Source of the DNA: Elusimicrobiota bacterium
GTDB taxonomy: Bacteria > Elusimicrobiota > Elusimicrobia > UBA1565
Length of the DNA: 64,000 bases
Direction: 5' to 3'
Assembly (NCBI GenBank): GCA_043819795.1
Contig: JBDREN010000096.1
Span: forward strand, 1-64,000
Part shown: piece by piece, positions 9,297-18,156 of the stretch
Numbering within the stretch: the stretch's first letter is position 1
How the letters are laid out: the number at the start of each line of letters is the position of its first letter
Position numbers and translations under genes: made by a program
The notes under the pieces: generated by a model
Database searches by the model: none
What the model was told of the DNA's origin: nothing
What the model saw: only the letters and a program-made list of their open reading frames with translations

Positions 9297-11081
9297 CTAG
9301 TCGTGGCAGACTCGGCAGGAGACGTCCCGGTCCCGGATATAGGGACAGGGTCTTCCCGCCGATTGGAAGCCCTTCCCGTGGCAACGCATGCAGGTGAGCG
9401 TCTTGGAGTGCTTGCGGATTGTCGGGCAGTCGTGGAACTTCTTCGCCCGGTCCATGCCGTGCGGGTGGCATAGAGAGCAGTTGAGCGCCCAATCCACCGG
9501 GCGCTTCCTTGTCTTCTCGAGGGATGATCCGATGAGGGCGACGGCGATCTCCCGGAAGCGCTCGTCGTCCTCGAAGATCGCGTACCGGGGCATGGAGTGG
9601 CCCTGAAAACGCTCGGTCGGATCGACGAGCACGTCCCGCAGGTAATCCAGATCGCGGTAGAGCGCGGAGGAGAGGCTCTTGTTGCGGCCGACAGCGCCGA
9701 TCTTGTGGCAGGCCGGACAGCCGAGCTCCATCACGAGCTCGATCCCGCGGGCTCCCATCTCGGAGCCGCGATGATGCCCCGGGATGTGGCACTTGAAGCA
9801 GGCGGCGTAGCTCAGGAATCCGGAGAGCAGGCGCTGCTCTCCCCAGCCGGCGCCCCGGGGGTGGGCGAGGCCGGGATCGAGAGAGAGGGCCACGCCCCCA
9901 TGGCAGGACGCGCAGCCGTGGGTGTCCGCCGGGTGGGCCGCGTCGATGAACGCGTCCTTGTGCCGCATCCCTTCGTGGCAGCTGAGGCAGCGATCCACGC
10001 GGCCGAACGCCCGGGTCTCGATGATGCCGGCGGGCATCGCTCCGGAGAGGTCCTTTCCCCTTCGTCTCTCGACTCCGGAGGGCGCGTCGAGCCTCCAGTC
10101 CTCTCCCCGCATGCCGCCGACGACCGCCGCTCCGACGACGACGGAGATCAAGAGTCCCGCCGCGAAGAATACGGGCGTCCGCCACGGCTTTTTGCCGAGG
10201 AGGAACGGAGCCAGCAGAAGGATCGTGAGCAGAAGGACCGGGACCGCGAGCAGCGCCGTGGAATGGGAAACGAGCTCCTGGACGCCCAGGAAATACCAGG
10301 GGGCTTTGACCGGATTGGGCGGCTCCGCGAGCCAGGGCCGCGGCCCGGCGTCCGGCGCGAAAAACAGGGCGCCCAGGACGCAGACGAGAAGAACCGCTCC
10401 GGATACGGCGCCGATCTTTCTCGCGTAGGCTTCCAAGCCCAAGCGCGCTTCGCCTCGGCCCGATGAGCTGAGCCCCTTCTTTCTTATCTTCCAGAAATGG
10501 GCCACGAGGAGCAGTAGAACGATCGCGGGGCCGAGCGCGGCGTGCCAGCCGTAGAAGCGGGTGATCGTGGCGGCGTCTATGGCGCCGCCGCCGAATATCA
10601 GGTCGACGAAAACGGGGCCGAGGACGGGGACGGACCGGGCGAGCTCGAGTCCGACCGTCACCGCCCAGTAGGAGGTCTGATCGTAGGGCAGGAGGTAGCC
10701 GGTATAGGCCAGGAGCATGGAGGCGGCGAAGAGGCCGAGCCCGATGAACCAGTTCTGCCGCTCATGAAGACAGGAGGAGTTGTAGAACGCCTTGAGCAGG
10801 TGGATGAAGACGGCGAGGACGAAGACATGCGACGAGAACCGGTGGAGCGAGCGGGTGAAGGCGCCGAGCGGAACCACGGAGTCCATGTTGATGATGGAGT
10901 CGTAGGCGCCCGCCGTCGAAGGTACGTAGAAGAACATGAGCAGCACGCCTGTGAGGCAGAGGATCAGGAATCCGACGAGCGCCGCGATCCCCGTCCACTG
11001 CGTCCTGACGAAGGAGAGGGAGTCCCGGCCGATCGTCTCCGGGAGGAAGTGAAGCAGGAAGTGCCGCCGGGCTTCCATCAT
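9297..11081 (-). CDS. Cytochrome b (b6-like + subunit IV) fused to a heptaheme cytochrome c
   Basis: RSLHRFSSH...FIH, TGYLLPYDQTSYWA, H-x14-H, KAPWYFL (PEWY-equivalent). Seven CxxCH motifs (CLSCH, CASCH, CFKCH, CPACH, CSLCH, CMRCH, CRVCH). ATGA overlap with the Rieske stop codon. Confidence 0.88.
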   Translation of the reverse strand: MMEARRHFLLHFLPETIGRDSLSFVRTQWTGIAALVGFLILCLTGVLLMFFYVPSTAGAYDSIINMDSVVPLGAFTRSLHRFSSHVFVLAVFIHLLKAFYNSSCLHERQNWFIGLGLFAASMLLAYTGYLLPYDQTSYWAVTVGLELARSVPVLGPVFVDLIFGGGAIDAATITRFYGWHAALGPAIVLLLLVAHFWKIRKKGLSSSGRGEARLGLEAYARKIGAVSGAVLLVCVLGALFFAPDAGPRPWLAEPPNPVKAPWYFLGVQELVSHSTALLAVPVLLLTILLLAPFLLGKKPWRTPVFFAAGLLISVVVGAAVVGGMRGEDWRLDAPSGVERRRGKDLSGAMPAGIIETRAFGRVDRCLSCHEGMRHKDAFIDAAHPADTHGCASCHGGVALSLDPGLAHPRGAGWGEQRLLSGFLSYAACFKCHIPGHHRGSEMGARGIELVMELGCPACHKIGAVGRNKSLSSALYRDLDYLRDVLVDPTERFQGHSMPRYAIFEDDERFREIAVALIGSSLEKTRKRPVDWALNCSLCHPHGMDRAKKFHDCPTIRKHSKTLTCMRCHGKGFQSAGRPCPYIRDRDVSCRVCHD

Positions 11082-11527
11082 ATCCGAAACTTCGTTCCCG
11101 GCGGCGTTTCGGCGTCCAGATCGACGGCGTAGCGCCCGTCGGACCGGCGCTCGATCGCGAGCCAGGGCAGGCCCTTGGGCTGAGGCCCGCTCACCCGCGC
11201 TCCCTTCTCGTCGTATACGGCGCCGTGGCAGCGGCAGACGAAGCGCGCGCCCTCCTTGGCCACCGTGCAGCCGAGATGGGTGCAGCGCGCGGATATGCCG
11301 TAGAGGCCCTCCTCGTCGCGGACGACGAAGACGTTCGCCCTCTCCAGCCAGATGTGCTCGCCGACCGCGATGGCGTGCGGGTCCGGGATGTCCGCGAGGC
11401 GCCAGAGCCTTTTCCGCTTCCGGGGCGTCAAGGTCGCCGCGGCGTAGGCGCCCGAGAGGGCGGCGATCCCCCACAGAGTACCGAGAAGCTTTTTGAGGAA
11501 CGACCGGCGGCTGAATTCAGTAGTCAT
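11078..11527 (-). CDS. Rieske 2Fe-2S protein (bc-type complex)
   Basis: Tat motif SRRSFL, CTHLGC and CRCHGAVY, GPQPKGL. Confidence 0.93.
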   Translation of the reverse strand: MTTEFSRRSFLKKLLGTLWGIAALSGAYAAATLTPRKRKRLWRLADIPDPHAIAVGEHIWLERANVFVVRDEEGLYGISARCTHLGCTVAKEGARFVCRCHGAVYDEKGARVSGPQPKGLPWLAIERRSDGRYAVDLDAETPPGTKFRI

Positions 11528-11704
11528 GCCTGGCTCTGATTCGCGCACACTTTTATCATAATTCTTGGTGATATGATAGCTTTTGACGTCCCTTCCGCGG
11601 AATCGCCCATATCCCAATTCGCGATAATCCTCTAGGCGGTCGGTGGCGCCGGGCAATCCAATAAAGCGCGAAGGAGAAGGGGGTTTTTCTCACGGCCCTT
11701 TAAT

Positions 11705-13699
11705 TCAGAAAGACAGATAGGGCAGGAGGCTGGCCCGCTGGTCCGTCCATATCCGGGATGAAGCCGGGGGCGCCGGCAGAGCTTGCCAGCCGGCTTCCTC
11801 CAGTAGGCGCACCGCGGACCGGTCGCGGCTGAGCACGGCCCACCGGCTCGGAGTCAGCCCTTTTTCCGGCGCCGCTTTTTCTGATTTAAGCTCCGTGACC
11901 GCTCCGTAGAAGCCCAACTCCCGCGCCAGGCCGGAGATCAGGGGAGCCAGGTCCAGGTACCGGTTGGAGATGTGCATGGCGATCAGGCCCTCTTCTGTGA
12001 GCCTGCTCCGGTAGAGCTTGAGCGCCTCCCGCGTCAGAAGGTGCACCGGAACAGCGCCGCTGTTGAACGCGTCGAGTACCAGCAGGTCGTAGGCGGCTTC
12101 CCGTCGGTCCGCGAGTCTCATGCGCGCGTCGCCTAGAACCACGCGAATATCCGCGGCGCTATCCGAGAGATAGGTGAAATGACCGCGGGCGATGCGCTCC
12201 ACATCCGGATCGAGCTCATAGAAATCCAGCGTCTGTCCGCGGCGGCAATAAGCCGCGACCGCGCCCGTTCCCAGGCCCACGGCCCCGATTGAACGCCGGC
12301 CTTCTCCCAGCAGCCGGAACACATCGCCCAGGCCGGAGCGCGGGTGGAAGTACGACAGCGGCATGGTTGAGCGTCCGCCTGTGAATTGCATGCCGTGAAG
12401 CGTGTTCCCGTGATAGAGGGCTCTTAAGCCGCCTTTCTCCTCGACGGAGTATACGCCGTAGAAATTGCGCAGGGAATATATTCTTTCCGATGCCCCGTCC
12501 GCGGTCCGGGCCGAGGTTACGATCGCGCCCGCGAACGCCGCCGCCAGCAGCGCGAGCATGGCCGCGGTCCGGCGCTTTCCCCAGTCCCGAACCGCCAGCG
12601 CCGCCACGCAGAGCATGGCGGCGGCCAGCCAGTCCAGAGATACGATCGCCACATGGCGGGCGGCCCAGGGCAGTCCCACGCCGATAATCGCGCTTCCCAG
12701 CCAGCCGCCGATAGCCACCCACACGTAGAAACCCGGCATGGCCCGGCCGCCCGGGGGGCGGGTGTCGGCCAAGGCCCGGTGGCAGATCATCCCGATCATA
12801 AATAAGCCCCCGGCTATGAAAAAGAACTTGCCCAGCACCTTCATGAGCTCTCGCAGGGCCGGTATGAGAAAGAGCGCGAAGCACGTGCCGAGCAAAGTCA
12901 CGAATAGCAGGTTCAAGCGCCCGGGATACCATCGCTTCTTCTTGAAGTTGAGGATGAAGGTGGCCAGGTAGATGCCCAGAGGCAAGATCCAGAGCAGGGG
13001 GATCGCGGCGAAATCGTGCGTGAGCAGATTCGTCGCGGCCAGCATCGCGGCGCAGGGCCCGGCGCTTGCCAAGACCCAGAGCAGCCGGAGCCTCGCGGGA
13101 ATCCGGCCCCGCGGCTCATTGGACAGGTTTCTTTGGCCCGCCGGCAAGCAAAAGAGATGCAGCGCGGCGAATACGATGTAGAGACCCGCCCAGATAGCCA
13201 GCAGGGTCTTAAGCCGGAACAACGGCTCCAGCAGGATGGGGTAGGCGGCCAGCGCCGCGAGCGCGCCGGCGTTGGACGCCGCGAAAAGGTGGTATCCGTC
13301 TCGCCGGTATTCGGCCCGGCGCTCAAGCCAGCTTTGGATGAGCGGAGTGGTGGAAAAGAGCACGAAGAAGGGCAGGCCCGCGCCCATCAGCAGCGCGGCC
13401 AGGAGCCGGAGCGCGGGATCGGATACGGCGGGCAGCCCGTTGATCGAGACCGGTAGGGTCAGGGCCGCTGCAAAGAGGAGCGCTAGCTGCGCTTTAGCCG
13501 ATTGGCTCGCGCTCAGGCGTATCAGGGCGACGCGGACGTAGATATAGCCGGCTACGAGCATGCCCTGAAAAAACATCATTGAGACCGCCCATACGGAAGC
13601 GCTGCCTCCGAAAAGGGGAAGAAGCATCTTGGCCGCCGCGAGCTCAAGGGAGAACGCTAGGAAAGCTCCGAGAAAAACTACGGCCGGATAGATAGCCAC
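11705..13699 (-). CDS. Membrane-fused spermidine synthase-like / SAM-dependent transferase
   Basis: Multi-TM N-terminal half (LLPLFGGSASVW, ASNAGAL). C-terminal RNFYG, HGNTLHG, GLGTG, ELDP, GDAR, LDAFNSGAVPVHLLT, HISNRYLDL. Start uncertain; GTG 13699 chosen. Confidence 0.8.
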   Translation of the reverse strand: MAIYPAVVFLGAFLAFSLELAAAKMLLPLFGGSASVWAVSMMFFQGMLVAGYIYVRVALIRLSASQSAKAQLALLFAAALTLPVSINGLPAVSDPALRLLAALLMGAGLPFFVLFSTTPLIQSWLERRAEYRRDGYHLFAASNAGALAALAAYPILLEPLFRLKTLLAIWAGLYIVFAALHLFCLPAGQRNLSNEPRGRIPARLRLLWVLASAGPCAAMLAATNLLTHDFAAIPLLWILPLGIYLATFILNFKKKRWYPGRLNLLFVTLLGTCFALFLIPALRELMKVLGKFFFIAGGLFMIGMICHRALADTRPPGGRAMPGFYVWVAIGGWLGSAIIGVGLPWAARHVAIVSLDWLAAAMLCVAALAVRDWGKRRTAAMLALLAAAFAGAIVTSARTADGASERIYSLRNFYGVYSVEEKGGLRALYHGNTLHGMQFTGGRSTMPLSYFHPRSGLGDVFRLLGEGRRSIGAVGLGTGAVAAYCRRGQTLDFYELDPDVERIARGHFTYLSDSAADIRVVLGDARMRLADRREAAYDLLVLDAFNSGAVPVHLLTREALKLYRSRLTEEGLIAMHISNRYLDLAPLISGLARELGFYGAVTELKSEKAAPEKGLTPSRWAVLSRDRSAVRLLEEAGWQALPAPPASSRIWTDQRASLLPYLSF

Positions 13700-13820
13700 T
13701 ATCCTGGTAGGATAGTCTCTCTTGAGCTTTTGCGCTAGGGTCGCGCTTCTGTAACGTTTTACGCGGCGCGATTCGGGGTCTGGCGCGAGCCGAGCGAGAC
13801 GGCTATGCTTAATAGAGCCG

Positions 13821-14723
13821 ATGGCCTTCCCTTGCCAGCCACTATCCTGGGTGCTCCTCTGCGCGGCGAGCCTGTTGTTGCCGGCGTCCGCCGCTGAAAA
13901 GAAGCCGGCGTCCGGCGATCTCGCCCGGCCCCGTCTCGACGAGCTGCGGCAGCTCCGGTCGATGCTTGATACCGTGTCGTTCGACCCTCTTGTCATTAGA
14001 CGGTTGCGGAGCCGCTACCCCATCTGGGCGGTGCGGGTGCCGGAGCCCAAAGCGCTGCTCGGATATATCGGGTCCGCTGCCTTATGGATCGACCTCAGTA
14101 AGGACGCCGCGCCCAAGGCGCTTAGCCCGGCCGATGACCTCGACGGCGATGGGACGATAGACGGCCGCGACATCGAGGCCGGACTGCGTCGTAAGATGGG
14201 GGAGGGGAGGGTGTCGATCGCCGGCGCGCAATACGAGCTCGACGAGCTGGTGGATGTCGCCAACCAATATGCGCGGGAGGTTTCGGGCAAGACCGTCAAG
14301 ATGCCGGGCTCGGAGAGGGAACTCATGGAACGGCTCGTCGCTGTGGAAGCGGTGGTGATATCTTCCGCCGCCTACAAGGCCCGGCAGGAAGGCTGTGTCA
14401 TCTTCATCACCAATCGCTCCGAGAAGGGGGAGCTGGAGCATGAGCTGACCCACGCGCTCTACTCATTTGAGCCCGATTTCCGGGACCGGGTCGCCCGGAT
14501 CTGGGAAAGCCTCCCGGAAGCCGAGCGCCGGCGAGTCAGGACGTCTCTGGGCAGGTTCTATGGCCTGAAGCGGCATGAGCTGCTGTTGACCGAGTTCGCC
14601 GCTTTCGGCGTGGCGGGCTTTTCCGAGGATCGATCGAAGGTCCCCCCGATGAGCAGCGGACCGTTGCGCCAGGCCTCTCGTCAGCTCAGGAAGGCGCGGG
14701 CGGCGTTCCTGGGTTCTCACTGA
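13821..14723 (+). CDS. Secreted hypothetical protein, possible zinc metallopeptidase
   Basis: Signal peptide, DLDGDGTIDGRD Ca-binding-like loop, HELTH motif with a downstream Glu (LTEFAAF). Confidence 0.6.
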   Translation: MAFPCQPLSWVLLCAASLLLPASAAEKKPASGDLARPRLDELRQLRSMLDTVSFDPLVIRRLRSRYPIWAVRVPEPKALLGYIGSAALWIDLSKDAAPKALSPADDLDGDGTIDGRDIEAGLRRKMGEGRVSIAGAQYELDELVDVANQYAREVSGKTVKMPGSERELMERLVAVEAVVISSAAYKARQEGCVIFITNRSEKGELEHELTHALYSFEPDFRDRVARIWESLPEAERRRVRTSLGRFYGLKRHELLLTEFAAFGVAGFSEDRSKVPPMSSGPLRQASRQLRKARAAFLGSH

Positions 14724-14797
14724 CGACCGAGCCGCGCGTCCCGACCGTTCATCCCCGACGCCTGGGGAGCCTCTCCGACGTCGAGCCCGACAGGCTC

Positions 14798-16273
14798 CTA
14801 GAGCTCCTTGAGGCGGTGCGATATTTCCGCCATCGAAGAAATCCTCTTGGAGAGGTCCGGATCCAGCATCTGCGTAATGAGCTCGTCCACCTCGCAGGCG
14901 AGCTCCGGCGCCAGCGTGCTGGGCGCGACGTACCGGGCCGCGGCGGTTTTGGACCAACCCCTGGGCCCGAAAGGGAGTTTCCCGGTCACGCATTCGTAGA
15001 TGCTCGCGCCCAAGGAGAATACATCCGTGCCGGGCGAAACGATCCCTTGAACGCCTTCCGGGCACATATAGGGGGGAGTGCCGCAGACCATGTCGGTGCG
15101 GCTCACCGGCAGGTCTTGCGGCTTACGCGGGCCCGGGGCCTTCCGGCCCGGCGCCGGGCCCCGCTCGACCGGCCTAGCGAAGCCGAAGTCCATAACCTTG
15201 ACGTCGCCCTTGTCTCCGACCATGATGTTCGCCGGCTTCAGGTCCCTGTGAATGATCCCCTTTTCGTGTGCGAACGCGAGCGCGTCCGTCACTCGGGCGA
15301 ACACGCCGCGTGTGACCCGCCACGACAGGCGCCCGCGCTCCACGATAAAGTGCTGAAGCGTCTTTCCCGCGACGAACTCGAAGACGAGGAAGATGTCCAT
15401 GTTCCGTCCGGCAAGCTCGATGAAGCGAACGATGTTCGCGTGGCGCAGGTTGGGGAGGGTGCGGGCCTCCTTCAGGTAATACTCGCGCAACAGCGCGGCC
15501 TCCGGGCCGCTCCCCGCGGTCATTTGCTTGACCGCGATCTCGCCGCCCGTGATCTGGTCGCGCCCTCGCCAGACGCGCGCCGTCCCTCCTCGACCGATGA
15601 CTTGCTCGAGCCGGTACCTTCCGGCCAGAAGAGGCTGCTGTTCGGCGTCGGGCTTCTTTATCCGCCTGACCCGTATTTCAGGGCCTTGATCCCGCGCGGC
15701 CCGGCGCCTGCGCAGGAATACGAGGAGGGCGGCGATCAAGAGCGCTGCCAGCGCGACGATCGGCCACAGCCAGCGGTCATGTCCCACCTTGTCCGGCTCG
15801 AGCGCGCCGCTCTTGTAGAGTTCCTTCAGGTGTCTTTCCCACGAGTCCGCTCTCTCGGAGTCATGAAAGACGCCTGTCTGGCCGCGGAATTCAAGCTCTG
15901 CGGCGAGATACCTCCGGCCCGCTTGGATGTGGTCGCGCCCAGCCGCCTGAAGGGCCGTCTTAGTCTGGTGCAGCTCCGCCAGCTTGCCTCTCTTCTTCCT
16001 GCTCCACCAGGTCTTGCCGAGCCTGTCCTCGCTGTCTTCGGCCTGGCGGGAAAGGTACTTTATGGAGGTCTCCACCTCGGCATGCATGGCTTTTGCCGAT
16101 CCGAGACGATCCGCGGCGGCGTCGAGCTCCCGCTCGGCCTTGCGCAGGTCGTCGACGGCCGCCTGCGAGGCCTGCCCCCCGGCCCCGGAATACCGGCACG
16201 AGAAGGCGGGCGCTATCAGCGATAAAAGCAGGCCGGCCCGGAGGCATGCGCCGGCGGTCGGGGCGATTCGCAT
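14798..16273 (-). CDS. Membrane-anchored Ser/Thr protein kinase (Hanks type)
   Basis: GRGGTARV, AVK, HRDLKPAN, DFG, GTPPYMCPE, DVFSLG. N-terminal signal/lipobox-like segment, coiled coil and TM helix. Confidence 0.92.
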   Translation of the reverse strand: MRIAPTAGACLRAGLLLSLIAPAFSCRYSGAGGQASQAAVDDLRKAERELDAAADRLGSAKAMHAEVETSIKYLSRQAEDSEDRLGKTWWSRKKRGKLAELHQTKTALQAAGRDHIQAGRRYLAAELEFRGQTGVFHDSERADSWERHLKELYKSGALEPDKVGHDRWLWPIVALAALLIAALLVFLRRRRAARDQGPEIRVRRIKKPDAEQQPLLAGRYRLEQVIGRGGTARVWRGRDQITGGEIAVKQMTAGSGPEAALLREYYLKEARTLPNLRHANIVRFIELAGRNMDIFLVFEFVAGKTLQHFIVERGRLSWRVTRGVFARVTDALAFAHEKGIIHRDLKPANIMVGDKGDVKVMDFGFARPVERGPAPGRKAPGPRKPQDLPVSRTDMVCGTPPYMCPEGVQGIVSPGTDVFSLGASIYECVTGKLPFGPRGWSKTAAARYVAPSTLAPELACEVDELITQMLDPDLSKRISSMAEISHRLKEL

Positions 16274-16755
16274 GGTGGGTCGAAAAACATGCTACGAAAA
16301 CGCGCGGCATTTCTCCAGTGACTTGACGGCCTTCGATCGGAGGAGGGCGCCCCGGCGCCACGGTCGATTGAGCGTCGCGTCCTTCTGCTTCGCTTGCGTC
16401 CCGCACCGCTTACGGCGAGCATGTGGAGCCGGTCATTGTCGCATCGACGGCTCGCGGGTCGGATCGAACAAGCGGGATCCGAATCGCGTCCGCGTTTCGG
16501 ATGACTGTCCCCGGGTGAGGGTCAGGCGTTTCTTCCGTTGCTGCGGATAGACGCGCGCGCCTATGAACGACGCAGGGAGATCATACGCCCGCCAAGAGGC
16601 GGGTCCGCGTCGGCGTTGGGCATTTCGCCGCAGAGTCGACGCGGCCTGTCTCCAAATGGCTCCGCCTCCCCCAAGGCGGGCCCGCGGCGCCGGAAACGTC
16701 TTACCCGCCGGATGGTGTGGCGGAATCGTTGCTAAATTAATATAGTGCTGGCCTT

Positions 16756-18156
16756 GTGAATATGAATCATCTACCCCCCGAACCTTACAGGATCAAGTCC
16801 GTCGAGCCGGTCAGGATGCTGAGCGTGGCGGAGCGGCGCGTCCGTCTCCGGGAGGCCGGCTACAACACCTTCCTGCTCCGCAGCGAGGACGTGTATATCG
16901 ACCTGCTGACCGACAGCGGCACCAACGCCATGTCCGACCGGCAGTGGGCGGCCTTGATGCGCGGCGACGAAGCCTACGCCGGGAGCCGCAGCTTCGAGCG
17001 CTTCGCGAAGGCCGTGGCGGACGTCTACGGCTATCCCTACGTGGTCCCCACGCACCAGGGGCGGGGCGCGGAGAACATCCTTTCCAAAATATTGATACGC
17101 CCGGGCGACACGATCCCTGGGAACATGTACTTCACGACGACCCGCCTGCATCAGGAGCTGGCCGGCGGGATTTTCGAGGACGTCATCATCGCGGAGGCGC
17201 ACGATCTCTCCGTCGACCATCCCTTCAAGGGGAACGTGGACCTCAAGAAGCTGAAGGCCATCGTGAAGCGCGTGGGCGCCAAGCGCATCCCGTACATCAC
17301 GATCGGCGCGCCCGTCAATATGGCCGGCGGACAGCCGGTGTCGCTCAAGAACATCCGGGCCGTATGCGAATACTGCCGCCCGCTCGGCATCAAGGTCGTC
17401 CTGGACGGGGCCCGGGCCGTTGAGAACGCCTTCTTCATCCAGGAGCGCGAGCGGGGCTACTCGGAGTGGTCCATCGCCCGGATACTTAAAGAGATGTGCC
17501 GCTGGACGGACGCCGCGCTCGTGAGCGCGAAGAAGGACCTCTACGTCAACATCGGCGGCTTTCTAGCCACCCACGACAAGGACCTCTACGAGCAGGCGAT
17601 GAACCTCTGCGTGGTCTACGAGGGGCTGCACACCTACGGCGGGCTGGCCGGGCGCGACCTGGAGGCCATGGCCGTGGGCGCCCGAGAGATGGTCCAGGAC
17701 TCCTGGATCGCCCACCGGATCGCCCAGGTCCGCTACTTCGGGGAGGCCCTGATGTCGCGCGACATCCCCATCCTGCGCCCGATCGGCGGGCACGGGGTCT
17801 TCGTGGACGCGCGCGCTTTCCTGCCTCACCTGAGCCAGGAGGAGCTCCCGGCCCAAGCCCTGGCCGCCTGGATCTACAAAGACTGCGGCGTGCGGGGCAT
17901 GGAGCGCGGCGTGGTCTCCGCCGGCCGGGACAAGAAGGGCGAGAACAGGCATTGCGCCCTCGAGCTGGTCCGCCTCACGCTGCCGCGCCGGGTCTACACG
18001 CAGTCGCACCTCGACCACGCGGCCGACGGCGTCCGGCGTACCTACGAGCGGCGCCATGAGCTGCCGGGGCTGCGCTTCGTGTACGAGCCCAAGTTCCTGC
18101 GTTTCTTCCAGGCCCGTTTCGAGCCCCTGATCGCTCCGGCGCTGCAGAAGCCGTGA
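16756..18156 (+). CDS. tpl: Tyrosine phenol-lyase (PLP beta-eliminating lyase)
   Basis: GYNTFLL, DLLTDSGTNAMS, GDEAYAG, PTHQGRGAE, GNMYFTTTR, SAKKD (PLP Lys), ERGVVSAGR, LRFF. The TTTR, SAGR and LRFF residues are TPL-type rather than TnaA-type. Confidence 0.85.
   Translation: MNMNHLPPEPYRIKSVEPVRMLSVAERRVRLREAGYNTFLLRSEDVYIDLLTDSGTNAMSDRQWAALMRGDEAYAGSRSFERFAKAVADVYGYPYVVPTHQGRGAENILSKILIRPGDTIPGNMYFTTTRLHQELAGGIFEDVIIAEAHDLSVDHPFKGNVDLKKLKAIVKRVGAKRIPYITIGAPVNMAGGQPVSLKNIRAVCEYCRPLGIKVVLDGARAVENAFFIQERERGYSEWSIARILKEMCRWTDAALVSAKKDLYVNIGGFLATHDKDLYEQAMNLCVVYEGLHTYGGLAGRDLEAMAVGAREMVQDSWIAHRIAQVRYFGEALMSRDIPILRPIGGHGVFVDARAFLPHLSQEELPAQALAAWIYKDCGVRGMERGVVSAGRDKKGENRHCALELVRLTLPRRVYTQSHLDHAADGVRRTYERRHELPGLRFVYEPKFLRFFQARFEPLIAPALQKP

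Noticed and set aside
16274..16755. DtxR operator or precursor ORF upstream of tpl
   Set aside because: I found no palindrome resembling TTAGGTTAGCCTAACCTAA and no credible small ORF; only an AT-rich -10-like tract near 16733-16746.
16756..18156. Tryptophanase (tnaA) call based on SAKKD
   Set aside because: The specificity positions FTTTR, SAGR and LRFF match tyrosine phenol-lyase better.
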